Positions 54,675 through 64,000 of a stretch of DNA of 64,000 bases are shown one piece after another. The notes below the pieces were generated by a model, which ran no database searches, was not told the DNA's origin, and saw only the letters and a program-made list of their open reading frames with translations. The position numbers and the translations under genes are program-made. Source of the DNA: Chiloscyllium plagiosum (lineage: Eukaryota); the NCBI RefSeq assembly GCF_004010195.1, contig NC_057728.1:48241521-48305520 (forward strand), in the 5' to 3' direction. Position 1 is the stretch's first letter. Each line of letters opens with the position of its first letter.

Positions 54675-55294
54675 GTAGATATCATTTGACATGATTTGTG
54701 TTGTTAACTAATACTGATGAACTGAAAAAGCCATAAGTCACTTTTATAAACATGTGCTCTAGATTAAGGCCTTGGTTCGCTAGAAGGATCGATCAGGAAA
54801 TCACCAGCCCACCCTGCATGATGTTACAATTAATGTTATGGTGGGTATCAGCTTATAGTGTGAGGACTGCATCAGCAGCATGGGGGCTTTCCTACAAGTG
54901 AATCTCTTGATCATTCTGGAATTGTGAAGCCTGTTTCATCAAAAAAAGCTTAAAGGATTATTTCCTGGTATCATTCATAAAGCCTGGGTGAGAACATTAA
55001 AACAAACTAGCCATTTGATTCCATTTACCAATGATTTAAAAAAGAAACTCATCTCGCCACCTTCACATTTTTTTTCAATACAATATGAGTTGTTCTGACC
55101 CACTGGGGAAGTGCACCATAATTTCAGTCCTGTTAGTTTTTCTAAAAATATACACAGTACCCCAATTCACCTGACTTTCAGACCAAGTTTGATAGAAAAA
55201 ATTGTCTGTCTAATCTTTTCTTTAACACATCCAATTCCAAGATGCTTAATATTTCAAATAATTTAATGAGCAAAACATGATAATATTGCTTGGT

Positions 55295-55520
55295 AGTGAC
55301 ATTTCCATCTCCAGCGACAGTCTCTAGATGGATGTTTACTACAAACCCACAGACTCCTATAACTACCTGGACCGCACCTCCTCCTCCATCCCATTCTCCC
55401 AATTCCTCTGCCTCTGCTGCATTCCACTCCCGAGCATTTCAGATGTCCACCTATTTTGAACAAGGTGATTTTCCTTCCTCTGTTATCCAGACAGCCCTCC
55501 ACCGCACCATTTCCATTCCC
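55295..55520 (+). mobile_element. Penelope (P1) RT C-terminal fragment
   Basis: Homologous to 40985-41230 (aaacccacagactcctataactacctggacc..ccagacagccctccaccgcacc). Confidence 0.7.
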
Positions 55521-56248
55521 CATTCAACTGGCACCCTCAGTTCCTACCGTCAGCTTCACAGGTGCCTTTTTTAATTCTCTCATGGGATATGGCCAGCATT
55601 TGTTGCCCATCCCTAAGGTGGTGGTGAGCTGCCCTCTTGAGTCCTTGCAGTGCATGTGTTGTAGGTTGACATACATTGCCATTAGGAAAGGAACACAGGC
55701 CTCCAAGCTCAGAGGCAAGGACGTTACCACTGTTACAAGAGCTCTCCACAGTTGTTTGTATGCAGGCAAGTGCAGTTGCAGGCCTGTGTTTCTCATTCTT
55801 TAAATGTGTAATGACATTGACTGTACTTGCGCAGATGCATTCTGGTTTAGAGACATCTATTGCCAATGATTAACACCACTGGCCCCATTTCAGCAGTTTG
55901 ATGATCACCTTTGCATTCAGACCAATTATTCCTTATCGGAACACAAATAGATGTAGCTTCTACTGACAAATCATCGCGAGCTGTTGTTAACCAGAAAGCG
56001 CAGGGTGATGGATGAATACTATTTGATTTGACCAAGGCCACAGTTAGCCAAGTTTTTCGTGAATGAGGATGTGAAAAGCAGGAAAAAAATTTCAAATTTG
56101 GATCAAAAATAGCAAATGCTGGAAATACACATAAAGGCCATTGGGATCTATAAAAAAGTTAATATTTTGGATTGTCCTCTTCGCCAAAGACATACTGAGG
56201 TGATGCAATGTACTTTATTTTACCATGACTAACTTGTTTTGTTTTTAG

Positions 56249-56492
56249 GTACCGAAACTACAAAGCCAGCCAAACAGCACCCCTTGCCATCTTACCTGGA
56301 ATACAAACAGAACAGCTCAGTCCGAAACTATCAGACAAATTATTTCTCAAGCAAATGCGCAGAAAATCCTGATGGCACATTGCAGAACTTTGAAATAAAA
56401 GTTGGAGCTCAGATGGACAGGCTGGGAGGGAAGTGTGAGAAGGATCAGAAAACATTCTGTGATGGACCTTTAAAATCTAGAACGTCATACAG
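56249..56492 (+). CDS. PTPRB: Membrane-proximal domain exon 2 (GTETTKP..DGPLKSRTSY)
   Basis: ttttag| ... |gtcaga, 244 nt, phase 1-2; QHPLPSYLEY, FCDGPLK. Confidence 0.95.
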
Positions 56493-56594
56493 GTCAGATC
56501 CCTAGGAAGGATGTGTTTCTTACTCCATATCCTGGCAAAACATTTGAAAATTTCATGAGTGTACAAAAAATAACCTATGGATTTTATTTTTCAG

Positions 56595-56692
56595 AATCAG
56601 TGTGCGTGCCTTCACTCAGCTATTTGATGAAGATATGAGCAATCCGTTGTATTCAGATACCTACTTCTCAATGCCTATCACTACTGAGGCAG
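56595..56692 (+). CDS. PTPRB: Membrane-proximal domain exon 3 (ISVRAFTQLFDED..PITTEA)
   Basis: tttcag| ... |gtaggt, 98 nt, phase 2-1; not in the ORF track, translated by hand. Confidence 0.94.
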
Positions 56693-56863
56693 GTAGGTGT
56701 TGGCTTATGTGCACCATTGTAAACTCCACAGTGGGACAAACCTTTTAAACTTAGCTTCTACTAACTCAGAAGATTGCCAATAGATTATTCAACACATATT
56801 ATAGCTTTCAATCTGCATGCATCCAGGTACAGTAGATAATAGCTGTTTGTGTCCTGATTTCAG

Positions 56864-56969
56864 AACCTCTTCTTGGTGTCATCGAAGGAGCAAGTGCTGG
56901 TGTATGCCTTATTGTTGTCCTGATTTCAGTCATGGCCATAATTGTTTGCAGGAGGAAAGTGAAGCCAGC
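56864..56969 (+). CDS. PTPRB: Transmembrane exon (EPLLGVIEGASAGVCLIVVLISVMAIIVCRRKVKP)
   Basis: tttcag| ... |gtgagt, 106 nt, phase 1-2; hydrophobic helix followed by an RRK stop-transfer. Confidence 0.93.
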
Positions 56970-57941
56970 GTGAGTAATTTCAGTTTTGTGACAAATTTGG
57001 CATTTCATATTGATCCATTCAAGAGTCTGAAACTCCTTGTGTTATCTCATGGAATTCCTCAGATCTAACCTTCATTCCATTGGCTTGGCATTGCCATACA
57101 TGCATTGGAAATTTTCTTGCATTTATTTCCACTGTAATGCTGCTAAAGCAGTGGATTGTAAACAACTATGGGGAACCTGACTCCTGACTAGTCTGTTGCT
57201 GCATTGTGGGACTCTGTGGTATAAATGTTTATCTCTCTACTCCCTTAGCAGATTATGCTCTGTATCAAAACTGGTAAAGTTTATTCCATTGACGTTCTAT
57301 TTGGGCTTACAGTATTTGAGGTCCATTACATTTGTTTAATTATTGCTACTGACTTAGAGTTAATTGTTATACTGTTTAAATTAGCTGTGAATCTTCTTGA
57401 AGCTGCTCCCACTCCACCAATGTAACTTCCAGGAGGTGTAGCAAAAAGCATGTTTATGTCATCTCCATGTTTATGCCCTTCCTCCAAAAGTAAGCAAGGC
57501 AAGAGCAACTCCGAAGAAATTATCAGCCTTATTGTAAGCTTCCAAACTTCTAACCTATTCTAATTAAATTTTGTTGAAACTTTCTGGGCTGTGAAGGTAA
57601 TTCACAATGTTAATCCAAGAACATCACTCAGACTGTAAGAGTTTCAATCGTCAAAGGAGACAAGATAGAAATTACAAAGACCGGTAATGGAGAAACCGGG
57701 TCAAACCTTCAGAAACAAAGCCTAACAAGAAATGCGGAGTAATTAATAATTTACTGAGGAAGATCACACTGTCAGAATAAATAGGTTCAAACCAGTTGGA
57801 TGAGTTTCTGGATGCAGAGCTGAAGAATATAATGCAAAGTTGGATAGGCAGATTTGATCTGTCAACTTGTAATTATTTAGTACCTTCAGCCTGATAGAAG
57901 CTACCTGATAAAAACCTTTAACCTGATAAAAAGCCATCAGC

Positions 57942-58235
57942 GTGGTGGCTCAGTGGTTAGCACTGCTATCTCACGGTGACAGGACTCTGGTTTGATTCCA
58001 CCCTTGGGTAACTGGCTGTGTGGAGTTTACACATTCTCCCTGTGTCTGTGTGTGTTTTCTCCAGGTGCTCTGTTCCCCTCGCACAGTCCACAGATGTGCA
58101 GGTTAAATGGATTGGCCATGGAAGGTGCAAGGTTACAGGGATAAGGAAGGGAGTTTGGGTCTGAATGGGATGCTGTTTGGAGGGTCTGTGCAAGCTGAAT
58201 GGCCTGCTTTCACACTGTAGGGATTCTGTAATTCT
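57942..58235 (+). mobile_element. HE1-type SINE (decayed)
   Basis: gtggctcagtggttagcactgct..tgtggagtttacacattctccctgtgtctg. Confidence 0.82.
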
Positions 58236-58720
58236 AAAATATCTCACGGTGCTTCACTGGAATATTACAAATGAAAGTATGTCACTGAGCAGGAAGATGA
58301 CTAAAAACTTTAGACAAATTAGTAGGTTTTACAGTGTTCCTTAAAGGAAGGAAGCAAGGTGCAGAGGAATAGAGAGGGAATTACAAAGCATGGGGCATAG
58401 GCAATCAATAGCGTTAAGGGAGCACAGAGATCTCCTGGGTTGTGGGGGCTGAAAGAGATGGCAGAAATAAGAAGGAGCAAGATCAGAGAGAGATTTGGAA
58501 AGGATGGTCATTTTAAAATCGAGATGACTGGGAGCGAGTGCAGCTCAGTGAGTATCGTGTGATAAGGAAAAGTTCCTTGATGTGAGTAGCACACAGACAG
58601 TAGTCTTTTGAATGATCTTAAGTTTAGTAAGGTTGGAAGGTAGGAGGCTTGTTGGGCAATGATCATTTCTCCTCTTCCTAAACATTCTTGTGTTCTTGTT
58701 CAATCTATTTGTGATTGCAG

Positions 58721-58795
58721 GAGTTCTGAATCGAAACCCGCATCAAAGGCAAAAGACAGGCCATCATCTGTCAATGTTCCTCTTGTACAGGGGAG
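58721..58795 (+). CDS. PTPRB: Juxtamembrane exon (SSESKPASKAKDRPSSVNVPLVQG)
   Basis: ttgcag| ... |gtaaga, 75 nt, phase 2-2; DRPSSV resembles human DRPLSV. Confidence 0.85.
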
Positions 58796-58900
58796 GTAAG
58801 AACTTTCTGATTCTACAACACTGTAAATATTTTCCTTTTTCAAATCAAAAACGCTCAAAGTTAATGTGCTCACTGGGGCTTCCTTGTTCTTTTTTTTCAG

Positions 58901-58918
58901 GCAACCTCCAATTTCCAG
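58901..58918 (+). CDS. PTPRB: 18-nt juxtamembrane microexon (R-QPPIS-R)
   Basis: Strong polypyrimidine tract ttcttttttttcag|, then gcaacctccaatttccag, then |gtttgt. Phase 2-2 and frame-preserving; fills the ~6-aa gap relative to the recalled human GNRKTSC segment. Confidence 0.72.
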
Positions 58919-59023
58919 GTTTGTTCGAATAATATTTATCCTAGACATCTGAATCACGGCATGTTTATTGAAATTACAATTTATGTCGTTTCTCCTAAGT
59001 GAACTCTGCCAAATTCATTTCAG

Positions 59024-59105
59024 AGAAATTAAGACCAGCCAGTTTGAAACTCAATTTACCAAACTTCAAGCAGATTCCAGCTATCTTCTGTCTGAGGAAT
59101 ATGAG
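59024..59105 (+). CDS. PTPRB: Wedge/PTP N-terminal exon (EIKTSQF..LLSEEYE)
   Basis: tttcag| ... |gtgggc, 82 nt, phase 2-0. Confidence 0.93.
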
Positions 59106-59233
59106 GTGGGCTGGCAGCTTTTATCTATTCAGAAATATTTCAAACATATTTACTTGATTCCATGTGATGAGACGTAACGTAAATGAGAAAAACTCAAAGA
59201 CCACATTAGACTGAGTTATTGCTTTCCCTTTGA

Positions 59234-59392
<159 letters not shown>

Positions 59393-59931
59393 TAACCAAT
59401 TCAGAAATATTTTATAGTTTGAGGACCGGAGTGCAGCAGATTCACTGGCAAACTTACTTATTTAACCATTTGTCTGCTGGGTCATTACTCCGAGGATGCA
59501 TAAACTGTGGAGCAATTTAAATGTTGAGTTTTAGTGTAAAACACCAGTTATCATTAGGAGAGATATGTAACAGGTGATTGAAATACTGTCATTTAGAATA
59601 AGTCTTGTGAGTATTTTGCTACTACAATGGTTGATTTACGCAGAGATCTGATACTTGCAGTTTGATATGATAAGCATAGCAGTTGATTTATTTCAGACCT
59701 TGATTGTATAGTTTGCTGTAAACACTGGGTTAATATGCTCTAAATATCTCAGCTCAATTGATAGCACCTCTGCGTCTGAAATATAGAACACAGTGTACAA
59801 TCCCTTTGGGGCAGAATCTTCATGTCCCAAAGACAGCGATCCTGGGGGCAGGAAGTGAACATGATGAGGCAGGATGGTGGCGTTCCAGAGCCCCATCACC
59901 TCTCCATCTCAGTCTGAAGTATGTTCTAAGT

Positions 59932-60230
59932 GGGCGGCACGGTGGCACAGTGCCTCACAGCGCCAGAGACCTGGGTTCAATTCCTGCCTCTGGCGACTCT
60001 CTGTGTGGAGTTTGCACATTCTCCCCGTGTCTGCGTGGGTTTCCTCTGGGTGGTCCGGTTTCCTCCCACAATCCAAAAATGTGCAGGTTAGGTGAATTGG
60101 CCATGCTAAATTGCCCATACTGTTAGTTGAAGAGGTAAATGTAGGGGAAAGGGTCTGGGTGGGTTGCGCTTCGGCGGGTCGATGTGGACTTGTTAGGCCG
60201 AAGCGCCTGTTTCCACACTGTAAGTAATCT
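59932..60230 (+). mobile_element. HE1-type SINE, young copy
   Basis: Very similar to 9133-9453, with a short deletion in the head. Confidence 0.9.
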
Positions 60231-61015
60231 CACTGCCAGTTGTTGCTCCTTGGTGTCAATGAATGACCATGAAAGGATTGATTCCTGCAAGCATCTCAGT
60301 TACAGGTGAGATGTAAAAGAGGTGGTCCATCCAACCAGTAACCCAATGCAGAAAAGCTGACAGTTGAGGGTTCTGGGGGGAAGGTGACCCTCTACCTGCA
60401 CTCATTTGTACAGGATTGAAGGACTACACAGACATAAGACAGGGGTGGCCAGGGTGAGCCCCCTTCCCTCTCCATGTGACCTTCAACCCCCAAAAGGCCT
60501 GAGACTTTGGTCTTTGGAATATCGGGTGTTCTTCTGACAGCAGCCATTGCTTTCACTTTGGTGCTGTTGAGTTGCGAGAACTGCCGACCTCTGATTGACC
60601 AGCACTCTTGCCAGCCAGGATTTCCATTCCAGGGGAATTGATTTGGAAGATAGGTCCACCTTTTCAACAAGAGAGTGAAGCACCCAATGAAACCTCAATA
60701 AGAAATCAATGTTTTAGGACTGAGATGAGGGGAAATGTCTTCATTCAGAGCATTTGGCAGTCTCTACTGCAGACGATTCTGGATGCAATGTATTCAAGGA
60801 AGAAGTAGATTATGGAGTGTCAGGACATTGAGGGGTATGGGAAGTAAGCAGTAAAGTAATGTTGAGAAGACATGCTTCATTTTAGCATTTTAGGTTAAAT
60901 TATCTTCTTCGCTGTATATGTTAAACACCGTTGTGATTTTTAAAGTATAATCAATATTCAGGTGCAAAACAATGATTTGATATCTTTCATGTGTCCTGTT
61001 ATTGTTTGCAACCAG

Positions 61016-61092
61016 ATGACTCAACGAGGGTGAAGTTAACTTACATTGATGATGACCCTTGTTCAGACTACATCAATGCCAGCTATATACCA
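61016..61092 (+). CDS. PTPRB: PTP domain exon (YDSTRVKL..DYINASYIP)
   Basis: accag| ... |gtaagc, 77 nt; DYINAS motif. Confidence 0.95.
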
Positions 61093-61221
61093 GTAAGCTG
61101 AACATTTATTTCAATACAGTTGTTTTATACTCCTTAGTTATTTTCCGTATTTGAATATCATTTAGATTTTAGTTCATGGGTTTCATTATGTATAAAGTTA
61201 TCTGTTTTTTTGGAATTTTAG

Positions 61222-62083
<862 letters not shown>

Positions 62084-62335
62084 ATTTTTTTTCAGTATTC
62101 CTTTCAAAATTGTTTATGAATAATGTTATATGAATGGTCTGTCTTGTATGTACAGTAAAGCATGACAGGGGACAGTAAATAATGTAGTGGCTTGACCACA
62201 TTTTCATGAGAGAACTAACAAATTTTATTAACATAATAACTTACAAGACATAATAAAAAAAAACATGCTTCCACAGCTTTCTACATGCAGGCTGCGTTCC
62301 ATGTGATCTGACATCACACTAACATAACACCCTTT

Positions 62336-62555
62336 TAAAAATCACACAACATCAGGTTATAGTCCAACAGGTTTAATTGGAAGCACTAGCTTTTGGTGCG
62401 ACGCTCCTTCATCAGGTGGTAGTGGCCACTATCACCTGATGAAGGAGCGGCACTCCGAAAGCTAGTGTGTTTCCAATTATACCTGTTGGACTATAACCTG
62501 GTGTTGTGTGGTTTTTAACTTTGTACACCCCAGCCCAACTCCGGCATCTCCAAAT
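62336..62555. mobile_element. Zero-spacer fold-back Penelope family P2 element
   Basis: Palindrome centred at 62425/62426; 13-bp TSD cataacacccttt at 62323-62335 and 62556-62568. Confidence 0.88.
62431..62467 (+). ncRNA. Putative minimal hammerhead ribozyme motif (family P2)
   Basis: CAC-CUGAUGA-A-GGAG-CGGCA-CUCC-GAAA-GCUA-GUG; activity untested. Confidence 0.55.
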
Positions 62556-63109
62556 CATAACACCCTTTGCATGTGTTCATTAGCTATTCTTAGAATAAGG
62601 TGATAATTCACCCTTAATCTACAGTTTGGTTCCTGAAATGGACTAATAATTCACAAAACAGTCATTGGGATCCCACCATGACAGTTTTAAAACTCTCAGT
62701 GAAAAGAAATCTGAAATTGAAAAGGCTGATTGGTACCTGTAAAAGTGATCCCAAATGTATAGGATTGTTCTAAAAATCCAACTTTTACTTTAAAAGCAGC
62801 TTGCTATCCTTACCATATCTGGCTTGTATATCTGGCTTTAATAAAAGCTCTTGATAGAAAGGAGTTCCAAAGAAGGGACTTTGAAGTCGAAATCTTAACT
62901 TTGTTTCTCTATCCACAGATTCTGCCAGATTGGCTGAATTTCTTTAGCATTTTCTATTTTTATTTTGTTTATTTTTAACTGCCCTCTGAAGTAGCCTAAC
63001 CCGTCAATTCTTTGTATCAAAAGAGGGAAAGATTTATAATTACTTTTTCAGTGCAACTAGGAATCTGTCATGGATGTTTACAGATGTGAATAGGGGCTAA
63101 TTTCACTGG

Positions 63110-63920
<811 letters not shown>

Positions 63921-64000
63921 TAGTCAATTAAATTGTTTATATTTCAACTTCCATCTCTAACCTTTTCAGATGTCAAATGTAAATGTATTTATGTTCCATT

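Noticed and set aside
57903..57932. Tandem acctgataaaaa repeat (paired GATA-like sites)
   Set aside because: Short local duplication beside a SINE; too little evidence for a regulatory call.

Overview
Vertebrate genomic DNA, most likely a shark or other elasmobranch, judged from HE1-type SINEs plus CR1 and Penelope repeats. The window lies wholly inside one + strand gene, PTPRB (VE-PTP, an R3-subtype receptor tyrosine phosphatase). I reconstructed 28 coding exons with canonical AG/GT boundaries that splice into one open frame: a 14-nt tail of an upstream FN3 exon, 15 symmetrical phase-1 FN3 exons, three exons of the membrane-proximal domain, the transmembrane exon, juxtamembrane exons including an 18-nt microexon, and the first half of the PTP domain. 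The start codon and the HCSAGxGR catalytic motif lie outside the window. Introns are packed with decayed CR1 and L2-like LINEs, SINEs, Tc1/mariner MITEs, a solo LTR, a Harbinger transposase relic and three families of Penelope-like elements (PLEs). Main observations: (1) all three PLE families carry a hammerhead-ribozyme-like core with covarying helices, several copies on the transcribed strand; (2) an exact 14-nt, in-frame copy of the splice acceptor sits inside the TM exon; (3) a sense solo LTR lies 10 nt after a PTP-domain donor; (4) three short locally templated duplications occur at retroelement junctions. Homology calls come from my recollection of the families, not from database searches.
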